DNA from: Octopus vulgaris
Taxonomy: Eukaryota
Assembly (NCBI GenBank): GCA_951406725.2
Contig: OX597816.1
Location: 156,178,001 to 156,242,000 of the forward strand
Length of the DNA stretch: 64,000 bases
Direction of reading: 5' to 3'
Each line of letters begins with the position of its first letter. Position 1 is the first letter of the stretch. The position numbers and the translations under genes are program-made. The notes beneath the pieces are model-generated. The model was not told the DNA's origin. It did no database searches and worked only from the letters and a program-made list of their open reading frames with translations. Positions 41,948-56,180 of the stretch are shown one piece after another.

Positions 41948-43398
41948 TGTGTGTGTGTGAAGAAAATAAGTGAGAACTGGAAAGAAGAAAGCATTTTTGT
42001 AGGAGAAGTGAGAGAGGAAACATGAAGAGAGCAGATAACAGTAGAAATTTATATTAAAGCAAGACTTTGCTATAGGCTATCCTTTTCAATTACAAGAACT
42101 TGGACCGATATCATGTTATGCACTCTATTGTACATTCACTTGAGAGATTTCAATTTTGTACATTATAATTTCTATCTTATATAATCCCTGCTTTTCTTCA
42201 TTATTTTACCCATGTGCTCTGTTGTTAATCAATATTGTTTTATACTTCTATATTGCTGCTGTCGCAAAATCAACATGTTCGAACCTCGAGTCAACGATGG
42301 AAAATACGTGGAACCTCAATTTGCTAGAAATATTATACCACTTTATTGAAAAATTTAGTTAAAGTAATTTTAGATGTCTTACTAAGAATAATGGTGTCGT
42401 CACCATTTTGAGATTTGCTAGTGTCGTTAGTAATTCGACAAAAATACCAAGAGATATTTTTCCGGCTTCTTAAGATGTAGCTTCCAATTGCATTGACGTC
42501 AACTTAACTTTTCATTTCTCTAGTGTCAATAAAGGCGTACCAACCAAGTTCTGTTGGTATCGACTAACCTTCGCCTCTCAAAATTGCTGGCCTTGTGCCT
42601 AAATTCAAACCAGTTATATTTCTGCTCGATCAGTATTGGTCAGGAAATAATGTGCAGTCACAGCAATTGAATGTAGATTTTTTCTGTGGGAACGCAGTGG
42701 AAAGGCGCCGGTATAGGTTAGCGACTAGCGAATTTAGAAGTTCTAAACTGAAATAAATCCACTACATGATTTTCGGAGTTGTTTTATACAATAATTATAT
42801 TAGCACCACTTTCAACATACACTTGGTTGTGAGGAATGAATAGCTATGTTATCGTTTAAAAGAATTTTCCCTCGACAGATTCATATTATGTTACAAGATC
42901 GCAAGATGATGTTAAACCTCACATACTAATCGGCACGAAGAGCAGATTCAAGGCACATGTATAGTAAATCTTTGTGAATTGTTAAAGCAAAAGCATTTTG
43001 ACAGAAGCGATTCTTATCTAATATCTCTTATTCTAATCCCTAAAGCCAAATGCTATTGTTGACTTCTCAGATTCCCTAGAAGATATTCTCGAAATTTTTC
43101 AATTATCTTTCCGTTTATATCTTTTCATCTCTCATGGCCTTCATCAGATTTCCTTATCAAAACTCCGTATCAATACTATTTTAACACTTACATATGTAAT
43201 TTCTTTCAATTCTCTCGGACTATCGAATGCTTTTGCTACTGGGAATCACTACAAAAAGTGCACAAATTATATTATTTCAATCTATGTTTGCTCTCTTTTA
43301 TTTGAGACCGCCTGGAAACACACATACGCTCTCTGTCACACACTCATATATGTATGTAGTATACATATACACACACACACATACATGCATATATATAT

Positions 43399-43484
<86 letters not shown>

Positions 43485-43911
43485 GGCATCGGTGTACAAA
43501 TATACTCACACCTTCTGTTCAAAAAGGCAAAGGAGCATTAAATACTATTATATTTGCATTAAGGATTTTTCTTAGTTACTTCCTTCAGACCGTATAGTTT
43601 GATTCCAGTTATTGCATCAAATGAACTTGTTGTTACAATGCGAAAATATAAAAAAGAAGAAGAAACAATAAATGTTTATATACTGAAGACTTCACGTGTA
43701 AAACCGAAAGCTTTATGATTCTCCTTTTATTTTCCCATGTAAATCTGCCTTTCTTTAACCTGCTTTGACTTGTAACAGATTGTGACTTGTCGCGTTCACC
43801 ATATTTTAATTAATAAGCAGCATGCGGCATGCCTATAATTTCTTACCGGTGATACGAGCAAAGTTTTCTCTGTTAACTTGCATGACTATTCTCTCATATA
43901 TTACACACCTT

Positions 43912-44144
43912 AAGGCGGTGAGCTGGCAGAAACGTTAGCACGCCGGGCGAAATGTCTAGCGGTATTTCGTCTGCCGTTACGTTCTGAGTTCAAATTCCGC
44001 CAAGGTCGACTTTGCCTTTCACCCTTTCGGGGTCGATAAATTATGTACCATTTACGCACTGGGGTCGATGTAATCGACTTAATCTCTTTGTCTGTCCTTG
44101 TTTGTCCATTCTATGTTTAGCCCCTTGTGGGTAGTAAAGAAATA
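43912..44144 (+). mobile_element. tRNA-derived SINE, family A, full length with 16-bp TSD
   Basis: A-box-like tggcagaaacgttag and B-box gagttcaaattcc. Perfect direct repeat atatattacacacctt at 43896-43911 and 44145-44160. Confidence 0.95.
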
Positions 44145-45687
44145 ATATATTACACACCTTGATAATATGATGACATGATTTGTCTACATCGGTTCTTTAC
44201 ATTTTCAATACCAGCCATAAAAATGTTTATTTTTCCCTTCATTCTTGGATTGATAAAAAATATTGCAATCCGGCTCTGAGGAGTGGTAGAAATGCTGACC
44301 TTTTTGATTATTTACTTTCGGAATCCATATGCGACAGTACTAGTACAACTTCGTAAATGCCTGTGATTTTCCATCGGAAAAATAAAATCAGTTTTAAAAG
44401 GGGCACATGTATAGCAAATCTTTGTGAATCGTGGGTAACTGCTGGTCTCGCATATATGAAAGAAGGCTTTTCTGACGACAATATGCTATACGATCGAGAA
44501 AAAAGTTACATCGGTGGGAAATTTCAATTCGAAACTTCTGCCATGTGCGCACGAATTTAAATTAATACAGTAAATATAGTAAGGAAACGGAGAAGGATTT
44601 ATTAAATTGATGACAGCACCCTTACAGATGGGAACACCCCTTGCAGGAAAAAAGATAATGTTTATTTAGAACGGTTTCGATGTATGCAAACACTCGACTC
44701 TGCATATACATTTTTCTAGTAGCTGTCTAAGTCGTCAGGCCAAACTTAGTTCCCGTCCGAACGGATTTTATAAATGTGACTCTTGTCTCGATATTCAGTT
44801 GCCCTATATTACTATTTTAAAAATTGTTTCAAAATAGTAACCTTACATTATTTTAAATAAATGAAATAAACTTATGTAGATATAAAATACATGTATATGA
44901 GTGTTTGCATGTGTTTGTGTGTGTTATATAGATATACGGATAGACGAATAAAGAGGGCGAAATAGATCTGTGTGTAACCCTGTGTGAATATGTCATCTTT
45001 AATAAAACAATATCATTTATTCATCGATATTTTATATTATTCATCTATGTTTTATATATCACAACGGTATGATGAGTGTTGCAGCAAACAGGTTTTTAAT
45101 TAAAGTTCTGCCCACGTTTATACCTAAACTTTATAGAAGTATAAGTTTCAATGATGCGTTATTCTCACATGAGAAAACGTTTTGTTTTTATTTTTTTTTT
45201 GTTTTCTTTGCAAATATACATTTATTATCTCGTAGACCGAATGACTCCAGTAATAGTTTATGTGCGATCCTTATTTATTCCTCTTTCTTCCCAGTTGAAT
45301 TAGTTGGATATCAAACAGTTTTGTTTCTTTCTTTCCCAGTACCTCTTGTTTGCGTCATAGTGGTAATAGCTTTCTCAGATGTTCAGCTTCTAATACTTTG
45401 TTCTTGTTTTTGTTTTTTTTTTGCTCTTGTTATGTATGTTATTATCTTGAAATTACTCAAATCGCCAAGCGGAATCATTAATGAAAGGTAACGAATTCGT
45501 CAGATACTACAAAATGGAGATTCATGCAGCCATCTTAGCTATGGTGGATATTGTTTACTTCTAGCGTAATTTCTTATGCATAACATTTGTTTTTCTTTGG
45601 GATGGGCATCTAAAACCGAGTGTGCATTCAGCTGTTCCGTAAATTGATCTCATCTTTGAGTTTATTATTTTCATTCGTGTTATTCTG

Positions 45688-45695
45688 CATCATCG

Positions 45696-45769
<74 letters not shown>

Positions 45770-45911
45770 GTCGTCGTCGTCGTCGTCGTCGTCATCATCA
45801 TCATGAACTTTTTCTTCTCCTTCTTACTACATCATTAATATCATATATTATGACCATATTCTTCATCAAATAACATTTTTTGACACAGCAACTACTACTA
45901 CTACTACTACA

Positions 45912-45978
<67 letters not shown>

Positions 45979-46250
45979 TTACTACTACTGCTACAACTAC
46001 TATTAATACTACTAATACTACTACTGCTGCTGCTGCTTCTTCTACTACTACTACCACCACCACCACTACCACCAACAACACCACCACCAACACCACCACC
46101 AACACCACCAACAACACCACCACCAACACCACCACCACTACTACTACTACTACCACTAATGCTGCCACTACCACCAGCATCGTGATGACGACGATGACAA
46201 CCACCACCACCATACCGCCGCCACGACCATCACCACCACTACTGCTACTG
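45688..46250. repeat. Trinucleotide cluster (ATC)n(GTC)n...(ACT)n(ACC)n
   Basis: Visible; it produces the poly-I, poly-V and poly-L pseudo-ORFs. Confidence 0.95.
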
Positions 46251-48856
46251 CTGTTATGTTGCTCCTCTACTAATACGATTGGTCCTACCGATACTGCTGC
46301 TATTATGGTTGATGCTATTTTATGTGCAGTTTTATGACAGCGATTTCACTGCACCACCAAGCGTAGCACTGCTTGTCTTAGGTTTTCGTGCCGAGCTACA
46401 CTCTGGTTTTTGTATTTTCTATTGCATTTCAAGTCTCCTGCTTCATATGTGTACATGACTCGTCGTGTTATTGCAGGTATACTGTTCATTTTTGTATGTT
46501 TTCCATATGGGTATGTCCTGAAGATTGTCTTATATATTTGTCTGCATATTTTTCACCATTTACAAAACTTCTTTTCTTACGCCGACCGTTTTTGTGTACA
46601 ATCGCCACATGGTTCTGTTTGAATAATTTGTGAAAGTTTCTTAAATATATCGTCTCTTCGGAATAATATATTGTCTTAAAGTACAATATCTGACTTTTTG
46701 CCTCTATCTCCCTGTACTAGAGAATGGCCGTTTCAATATTCCTTATGACATTTTCGAGTACATTTAAAACACTATCTTATTTTAGACATTACGTAATGCT
46801 GCCTTAATTTTCCCCTGTTTTCACACAACCAGTCTACCATTTTGTGGATGAATTCTCTTTCGGCTAAAACTGAACAGCGAGAAACAATTTTTGTTAATTT
46901 TTGTTTCACTTTAGGTTTTGTTAGTTTCACGTGGGAAGGTTTTAATCTTCTGTTGCACACTCGAATCATTCTACTCCCCAGGTAATGTTGAACATGTTTC
47001 TCTCTAATTCCAATATGTTAACGGTTTCCATTATTCTCTATGTGGAACCCCTACTTGCCATCGTTTTAGAATAGCATCATTTTGCTTTAGTTAGCTGAAT
47101 TTCTAGTGTTTTGTTCCTCTCGTTATGAACTCTTTCTCTTGGACATCTGTTTTGTAAGTGCTGGCTTCCTTTCTGATTTGTATTATTTTATAGAAGGCTT
47201 CCATTTTAATTTTTAAGATATTTTCTTACTTTTACAATTCATATTTTCTAGTTGCAGTTATAAAAAATTGTGGTCTTTCTTTATTATATTGTGGGTGATA
47301 TCTTAATTGTTTTCATGTATAGCATTGATAATTGAATTAGTGTCCAATATATGTTACCATATCATAGAGTATGGACGATCTGTCATTTACTATGACTTTT
47401 GCTGATGATTGTAATTTTTCATTTAAGAGTATTATAACTAAAATTTATTTCTTAGACGGTTACGTTATTTATGTTTTTTTTTCAAATTGTGTTACATTTA
47501 CTATTGCTCTCAGTATTAATTTAACGCGACTATTATATTATTCATTCCTAAACTTTTCTGCTTTCCTAAGTTTTCTTATACTCTTCGTAATTTATTTGTA
47601 ATCTATGTTTGGCCTCTAATCTGTATGTCTTTCTAGTGTTTCATTATTATTATTCATTAATTTTTCTTTCTCTTTTTAGTTTTAGATGGTTCATTTTTCA
47701 ATCCGAAAATTTTTGCAAGTTCCTCTGGTAAATCCATGCACAGTCTCTGGTGGTGTTTCTACTGGTTTATCACTTACAGTGTCACAGTACAATATGCCCA
47801 TATATAAAGAATAAATGACCATTCTCTAATAATAATTACATCTGAAATTACTCTACTTTAGCGTGTTTCCGTTGGGATGATCCTCCGTCCAAATCAGAAA
47901 CTGAACGAGAATAAATTCACCCTTTTCCTTGTAAATGCGGAATTTTGTTAATATTCTCTTATGGTGCAACGAAAACATGGTATTTAACCCATGCTAAATT
48001 CATATGTACCTGGTTCATGGTGGTATTATATTTCTTTGAATAATTTCATTTTTATATTCCCATGTATATTCATGCATTAATTTATAAACGTATATCTTAA
48101 TACGTTATATAATCTCATTTCATCTAGGTCATCCTAGATGAGATGACATCAATTATATATGATTTATATCGATTATCATATTACAGTGTGTACAGCCTCA
48201 TCACGAGTCTTGTAACCCCTAATATAAAAATCCTTATAACTTATAGACATCACCAATCAACTGCGATTAACTATATACATGCAAATATACCAACACATTC
48301 CGAGTAAATCAGTCATAAAATGTCAAGGCAATGATTTTATTAAGATTATGTTGCTTCTACCAATCCAAGCTTTGGCGTACAGCAAATTATACAGGTATGA
48401 ATAAAGGAAATAAACGCTGGCATGTAAAGCTTGTACAAGAAATATGCAATTAAATTGTCTAATTATTTCTGGTAATTAAGATATTATTTAAATGCCAGAT
48501 TGAAGTTATACGCGCCATATTTTTTCAAACAAAAGTGAAGTAATCGTTCATGAAATTATACTAAAAATACTATTTTGATTTTTAAAATGTAATTATTAAC
48601 AAATGAATTTTGATCATAGCTAAGATAAATTCCATTCATTGAAAACAAGCTGTACTGAGTGTTTGAGTTATCATGTTGACCCAGATGGAGTTTTACAAAA
48701 TCAAGACAGACTCTTCGTAATGTTACATGTTATATATATATATTATTTTTCTGGTTCAATAAAAAGGCATTATTTTTTGTTTCTAAGAGTCATTTTTGTG
48801 TAAGTATGCCAATATTCTCAAATACCTTACGCAACCTGTATATAAGATATAAATGA

Positions 48857-49566
48857 CTAACAAAGATGTGTAAGTGCCAATTCATTACGGCCGTTTCGAG
48901 CGACTCCTTTAATTGATTAATGAAAGCATTACATCATTACAAAGAAAACCGTGATGACCGCATAGACCTGAAGCATAAAGGACAATTTAGATATTTAAAC
49001 ATATTCATATCAATAGTGAACAAATATTTGCGATGATACTGCTGCAAAATTTTATGGCAGAATAAAAAATGGACAGTACAGCAACAGACAAGCCAGAAAT
49101 TAGCATAGGCTAGCGTTGGGTTGGGAAGGAAATGGAAGTTTACATCCAAAGTTCCATTTTATGACATAGTACAACGGACTGTTATGATACTAATTAATCT
49201 ATAAGTCCTTAAAGATTTAATTTTAGATGTTTTGAAGATTACATTCTCTGTAATGTCTTCGGTGTGTAGATAACGGGGTCACTACTCCCATTCATCCCCC
49301 CACTACTCTAGCTTATGCTAATTTCTGGCTTGTCTGTTGCTGCACTGCCCTTTTTCATTCTGCCAAAATATTTAGCAGAGGAATCATTGTAAATATTTGC
49401 TCTGTATTGATGATATGAATATGTTTAAATATCTAACTTGGACTTTATTCTTGAGGTCTATGCGGTCATCTGATGAGAACGGCTTTCTTTGTAATGAAGC
49501 CTTCATTTATCAATTAAGGGAGTCGCTCGAAACGGCCGTAATGAATTGGCACACTTCTTTGTTACT
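48857..49566. mobile_element. Inverted pair of PLE-type terminal repeats (~270-bp arms, ~150-bp spacer)
   Basis: 48857-49130 is the diverged reverse complement of 49283-49566. The right arm contains a complete hammerhead motif. Confidence 0.8.
49466..49544 (+). ncRNA. Type I hammerhead ribozyme with intact core
   Basis: tcat CTGATGA gaacggcttt...ggagtcgctc GAAA cggccg TA atga: canonical core, stem I tcat/atga, long stem II, palindromic ACGGCCGT stem III, predicted cleavage after GUA at 49540. Confidence 0.8.
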
Positions 49567-49847
49567 GATAATTAACTCACCTACCCTCGAATCTGCATTA
49601 CTGAAATATTTGGAATGAAGATTTATATAGAGTACCTGGCTGAACAAAAAAAGAGAGGATTTATTCGTTAAATTGGATCGTTCCCTCTGCATGAATATCG
49701 GATGGAAAAAAATTCTGTGTAGATTTTGATACTCAGCTAATATTCATTGAGTGTGCAAATAAGTTTGTCCTAACAAGGTGCCTCAATTTAAGTACCTAAT
49801 TCAACTGAATGTAAATTACATGTTATATATATATATATATATATATA

Positions 49848-50146
49848 TAATAATAAAGGGTAAAATTAATTAATTATTAATTAATTTTACCAAGTAGCAT
49901 TCAGTATGTAAAACGACCATTTACGGTATATTTGAAATATTACTTTATAAAAATAGGTTCAGTAATAACTCACATAGGTGATCTTTCGTTGTTTTTCCCT
50001 TATACCTATGTGAGTTATTTCTGAGTATGCATTGTGTGGGAGACTTTTCTTAAAGTAGAAGAAATAGCTAAATTTTTGGCTGCTATTTCTAAATAGTTCG
50101 GTATGTGGTAAAGTAAATTATTTTACTGAACCCTATTTTTATAAAG

Positions 50147-50150
<4 letters not shown>
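49848..50150. mobile_element. Rearranged insertion in (TA)n with nested inverted repeats (PLE-terminus-like)
   Basis: attactttataaaaataggttcagtaa pairs with ttactgaaccctatttttataaagtaat; aataactcacataggt pairs with acctatgtgagttatt. TA runs on both sides. Confidence 0.55.
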
Positions 50151-50220
<70 letters not shown>

Positions 50221-50258
50221 GTGTATGCACACACACACACATATATATATGTATACAA

Positions 50259-50289
<31 letters not shown>

Positions 50290-50299
50290 TTGTATATTC

Positions 50300-50330
<31 letters not shown>

Positions 50331-50899
50331 GTATATTGTTTGAAACTTGTCTGTTACACAAGACAAAATTATCTGTTTACTAAACATAATTAAGGAAATG
50401 CAATGCCAGTGTTTAAGACCATACAGCAGTTTTATGTTGTATTGAAGCACTGAAATTTCTTCACAGCAGTAAGCAAATTAGCTTACCCCTGTGGAAACGA
50501 AATACTATTATCCTATATAGCTACGAGCCAGTTTTGTCTCAGCTTCAAACCATCGTGCTAAAGAAGACTCCGAATAGATTAATCAATCCGAATATGCTAG
50601 TGAAATTCGATAGAAATTCTTTGTCCCTGAACTCAGTTTGAACCCCCATAGGTTTTATTCAAGAAAATGATTATTTTTTAAATAGTTTTCTGTCAGATGT
50701 ATATTTATTTTTAGGCTGTGTGCTGGTAACGCACACACATAACTATATACCAGAGCATATTTGCATCTGTGTGTGTGTGTATGTGCGCGTACGTACGTAT
50801 GCGTATGAGTGCCACTGTTCTCTCTTTAGACTTCTCCTGACTTTTTTTCCTCTTGGAGCTGAGAGAAGAGTAGAGCTACTACTACGTAAAATGTTATAT

Positions 50900-51270
50900 A
50901 GTTTCTTCTGGAGGTTGTTGAGTAAGCTAAGTTTTTAAACTAGTGTGAAGAAATTCCTATATATCGGATATTGATGTCCAGTCGACATAAAAAAACAGTT
51001 TTGGCTGTGGTAATGTTAGGAAAAGGGCTTCTTGTTGGCTATTGAGGGAGAAAGACGGGAGAGATGGAGAGTCAGAAGATGAGGCGGACAGAGAAGGAGA
51101 GGAGAGGAGAAGGAGAGAGAGAGAGAGGGGGGAACTAAGTTGTAAACAAGGAGCTGATTTGTGACCTAGCCGATATTACCGACAACTGGATGCTATGACG
51201 GTTCAGGATTGTATCACCCACCGAAAGCTGGAGATTGACGACGTCATCGCCTTTTTGTATAGCTACGTTT
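50900..51270 (-). promoter_or_regulatory. Candidate promoter region
   Basis: Unique-looking sequence with tgacgtc (CRE-like), tgtttaca (Fox-like), a CT-rich tract and TATATA at 50958-50963. A donor ggg|gtaagc lies downstream at 50487. Confidence 0.25.
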
Positions 51271-54200
51271 ACCGCATGTGAATGAACAGAAAGTATCTTC
51301 TTTCAGATACAATTATTCTCCCAGCGATATATTTTTCTGTATACAGTTATATTTAATATATCGTGAATACTTTTTCCTGCAGTATATACATTATTCACAT
51401 ATATTGACTGTCCTATTAGATCGGCATTACTGCATGGAATACGGATCTGGTGGTTTGCATCTTCTAACCAGCATTCATTTCTGTCTATAGACATTTCTCT
51501 TGTATTACGTTCTACCATTGTGTATTATTAGGTACTCTGAAAGGGGCTGTTTACTACGCGAAGCGACCACACGACTGTATCTATAATGAAAGTGTTTTGT
51601 TAGCTAATCATACTGAGGTCTTCTATGTCAGTAAGTAACAGGAAAACCGCTGAGAAGTTACTCATGTTCTGTTATATTTGATGTTTTTAATTTCTTATAT
51701 AGTCACAAGGCTATATATTTCAGAGGACAGAGAAATGAGTCATTGTGGCGTCATAGCTTCCTGGAGGTCATTAACGGCATCAATGATATGAATTGACTTT
51801 AATCAATACTGGAAATAACGTCGATGTTTTTAAACTCCGATGGCTTACCTCCCATTCAGCAGCTCTACATGGCAAATGCGTAATAGAGTGTAGATAATTA
51901 TAACAGCAGTAAAATTGTGAAATACACTAAGCCAGCTTTGATTATTTCCTTTTGGTGTTATCTGAAATATGAATCCCGCTCGTGTCATTCATTCAATCCA
52001 AAACTAAGCAACACCGCTTACTTTGATAAAGAACAGACTCGATATTTTTTGTTTATCTCTGTTTTTTTTCTTCGTATTTTATTACTTCATTTCCCTTCAC
52101 AGTGTATTTTAAACGGAAACGCCAAGTCAACTAAGCAGGTTTCATTGTTTTCTCATTTGAACTAGAAATGTGATTATCAAAATATAATTACTGTTTGCTG
52201 TATATGATTGATTCTTCAAAACGTTCCACAGTAGACCACTACAGCGGATTTTCTTATTTGTTGTTCTAGCTGGACGAATTTAATGCAGTAACTTACCCCT
52301 GCTTCTCCCCTCACAACAGCGTTTGTTAAACAGAAAAAAAAAGTCCGATTATATTCTTAATATTTAAAAGATGCCAGTGCATCAAACATCGAAAGACATC
52401 TTTTCTAAACTAACATGAAAGGAATAAAGAAATGATAAATTATGGGATTATAATTTTTAGGACATGTGACCTCATATTTAGACAGGAATCTTTTTTTTCT
52501 TTTTAACATTTCCATTTCTTTTAGATCGCTTTATTCTCAGTTTTTCATGAGAAATCTTTCCCTGGTTTTGCACACAGAACCGGACTAAACTCCAACAAAA
52601 GCGTTTTCATTGTATACGCCTAGTCAAACTCCTATCCTCAAGATTACTGCGGTATTTGTACGCACATACTGCGTACAATGCATAGAGACTTGGTAACATA
52701 TAATATGCTTTCTTTCATTTAGTTGCCTTTATTTGCGAGAAGACACACAGATCCTTTCGGGTTCTTCAATTTTGAACAAGTAGAATAACAAAAATCTGAA
52801 AGAAGATTTCATTACAGTTAATTAAACTGGAGGAACGTGAAATGAAGTGTCCTGTTGAAAGACAACGCACCGCCCGGTCCATCATTCATGCCCTGGATCA
52901 TACTTTCGTTCTATGTACATACCAATTAATAAGATACATGATGAAGATCAGATATCAAACTTATCGAAAAACATTGTAATTCGAAATATGAAAATAAAAC
53001 ACAAATTTTTGTTAACCACTAATGTTTGATAGTTAATCCATCAAGTATCTCAAGCATCTACGCAGCTGCTGCTAAGCAACAGTTTCTGTAGAGATATTCA
53101 GTTACACAGTTTTCTTTTTTCTTAAAATATCTCTTCAATGACTATTTTGTTTGTTTTTTTTATTCTGCGAGCCAATTGCGAATTACATCCCGCTGATTAC
53201 AGTAGTAAATTTAACCACGTAATGAAGCTAGTAAGAGCTAAAATAAAATTTTCAGTGCGATTTATTTCGATATATTTCAAATCGGTGACAGGGGACAGAA
53301 TGTGAGCTGCCGACTCTACGGCTGATTCTTCATTGACTTAGGTAAACTGTACCCAACCTTTTACCTGCCCAACTTATTTTAGTAAATTAACAACTTTTTA
53401 TGAGACTTTTCTTTTTCATATCTAAGTAAACATAAAATCAATACGGATAAATTCTACTGAAGCGTACATAATATTTGATATTTCCCTTGAGAAATATTAT
53501 TCAGTTTTTCGTGGCAATGGATAGTGTTCTGTCGCTTTAGGTCTATGAGGTATTGCATGATCTATTCATGAACATTTTAAATTTTATAAAATATTTCATA
53601 ATTATATGCTCTGTTCTCACTAGCCTTTGAGAAGTTTACGGTGATCCTAATCCATAAGTTGGGAACCACTGACTTAGGCATTCGTAGCATTTTCAAGACA
53701 TAAAAAAAAAGTATGCTACTTAACAACAAGTCGTGATGCACAATAACTGACAGTTAACCAAAGTTTTCTAAGCCTCATCTTAGACTCTCACCGCTTTGAT
53801 GGAATCGTAGAGACGCTTTCTTGGCGTACGGCATGTTTGGGTCATATTTTAGACCTAACAGAGGGTATACGTTCCTCCACAGCTATAATCTCAGAGGATT
53901 TCTTTCACTAAACAGATAGAGAAAATAAAAGTGAGACATGCATAAAAACTCAACATCTGTACACTACAAATTCTTTATCTATCGATCTTGGAAGATTAAA
54001 AATAAAACATGAACTCGAGGGGAATTGATCTTATGGCGTAAATCCTGGACGCTTACTGCAAAGCAATCAAACCGATACTTTAAAGTTTGAACCTCTTCGC
54101 CACCTAAAATCATTTTATTCTCCCTAAGCAAACAGATCGTTGTATTTGTGAGCAAGATGAATATTTCTCAACTAGACATAAAAAATATCGTGAAATGTTA

Positions 54201-56039
54201 AAGAAAAGTCAACATAATGGGCAAGCAGAAACATTGTGTGCTACTTTTCACGCCTTTGCTGGGAAACTATCTATTCCTAAAAATGGCTTCTATCAGGTCA
54301 TCTAAATTAAAATGGTATAAAGAAATGCGTTTTTCAGTATCCCATCTATATATTGATATTAAATCTCTTACAATATTATAATACTGCATAAGATTCAATA
54401 CAAAAAAACACACTTTGGTTTCGAGCAAGTAACAAAAACGTCCTAAAATTGAAGGCCACATTAGATAATGTAACGACAGATGCTGTAAACCACTTGATAC
54501 TGACACTCAGATTGCCTTTACTCATAGATATATTCGATGAGGTCTGATCTCGAGTTATGCAACAACGAATTCGACAAGCCAAAATATACTTCACGAACCT
54601 AAAGATCGAATATAATGGGAATCGATTTGTCTATTTTTGACACGGAAATAAGTATAAAACCTTTGATATTTCGACTATTTGTGAGTCGGCCTGATAGACA
54701 GTCAATTAATGATGTACACATCTTTAATAACATTTACTATGGTGAAGGAGAAATTTTAATTTGGAATCAAAGCCTTCGTTGTGAACATGATGTAGTAGGA
54801 AATTTCACGCAACTTAATGTTGTATAACGATATTTTCCGAATTTCAATCTATTAAAATTAATGAGAAATAGAATATTTCTCACTAAGCAACCAGAGCACA
54901 TCTTTGCTAATACATTAACAAGATGTAATGAAGATTTAAACTCGCAGCTAAGACATAAGTGAAGTACATCAGATGAAACAAGTAACTTGATTCCTTTCCA
55001 ATATTTGATGATATGCAACATCGATTTAATTTAAAAGAAACATGATGTGAATATTACAATATTGATTTCGTTTGACTTGGCATAAATTCCTTATAATTTT
55101 GAACTGAAGAGAATCTAGAAGTTCTGCTGATCATGCATTTAAAAATAGTATTAACAGCGGCGCAGGATGTAAAACTACTTCCATACAAATATAAAACTCT
55201 GTTAACTTTTTCGTTTCTATCTCAACAGAATGATATAATCTGCTGATGTCAAATTTCACTTTCCTACCTCAGGGGTTGATAAAACAAAAACATTAAGATA
55301 ACATCGGACTCGATATAATCGATAATATACCACCCTCCAATTCAAAACCTTGTCTCTTCTTTAGAAGACATTACTATTAAAAATCACATCAAATAATTGA
55401 GTCAAAGGAAGCATAGAGTTTTGTTTGCTTGTTTGTGTGTATTTGCGTGTGTGTATTCGTGCGTGTGTGTATATATATGTGTATGCACGTCTACACGCGT
55501 GTATGTGTGTGTGTACGCGTGGGTGTGCATTTCTAGATAAAGAAAATACCCTGAGTGGATGTTCAAAGTGGGTGAATTTATAACATGGATATCAGTTTAA
55601 AATTCATTAAAACCTGCACTCTCAACTGGCAACAGTTCACATTTATATGTAAAAGTCAAACGTGTAGTGAAATTTTAGAAAAATAAATTCTCAATAAATC
55701 CCATTCTCCGATGATAATAGGTTACACGAAAGAATTCAATGAAATCAGCAATTTCAAGAATAACTAACAGTCGTTTGTGTGATTGCAATAAATTACAGGT
55801 GACATTATCTAAGGTGTGTGAACATGCACAAACACGTAACTCGTTATGATGACATAAAGCATCCATTCGACGAACCAATGTGGGTCATGTGTACGGGTCA
55901 TTGAACTACAAGTAAGAACTGATATATCTCAAATCACTAAGCACTATGCCTCCGAAAAGCCAACTACGAGATGATAACGATGAACCGGCATGTGGATGAT
56001 ATTTACATACAAACTTCGACAGACAACTTACAGACAGGA

Positions 56040-56180
56040 CATTTGTATGGTATGGGGCAGAGTCCTGTTGCCAAACATAGGGTGCTCTAGCAGTCACCCT
56101 CTTGACCCAGGGAAGCGCCACCTCCTTCAGGCACTTGATGAAGGCCTCCGTGTTGAGACTGAGGCCGTTTGGGGAATGTC
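56040..56180 (-). mobile_element. Tc1/mariner-superfamily transposase fragment
   Basis: LNTEAFIKCLKEVALPWVKRVTARAPYVWQQDSAPYHT contains the second catalytic Asp motif (QQDxAPxH). Confidence 0.8.

Noticed and set aside
43912-44000. tRNA gene (A and B boxes)
   Set aside because: The boxes belong to a SINE head followed by a core, tail and TSD. There is no cloverleaf. The same holds at 36.3 and 39.0 kb.
42952-44430. ~28-bp direct repeat ggcacatgtatag(t/c)aaatctttgtgaat at ~42952 and ~44402
   Set aside because: It is too short and isolated to define LTRs or an element, and is probably a fragment of a dispersed repeat.
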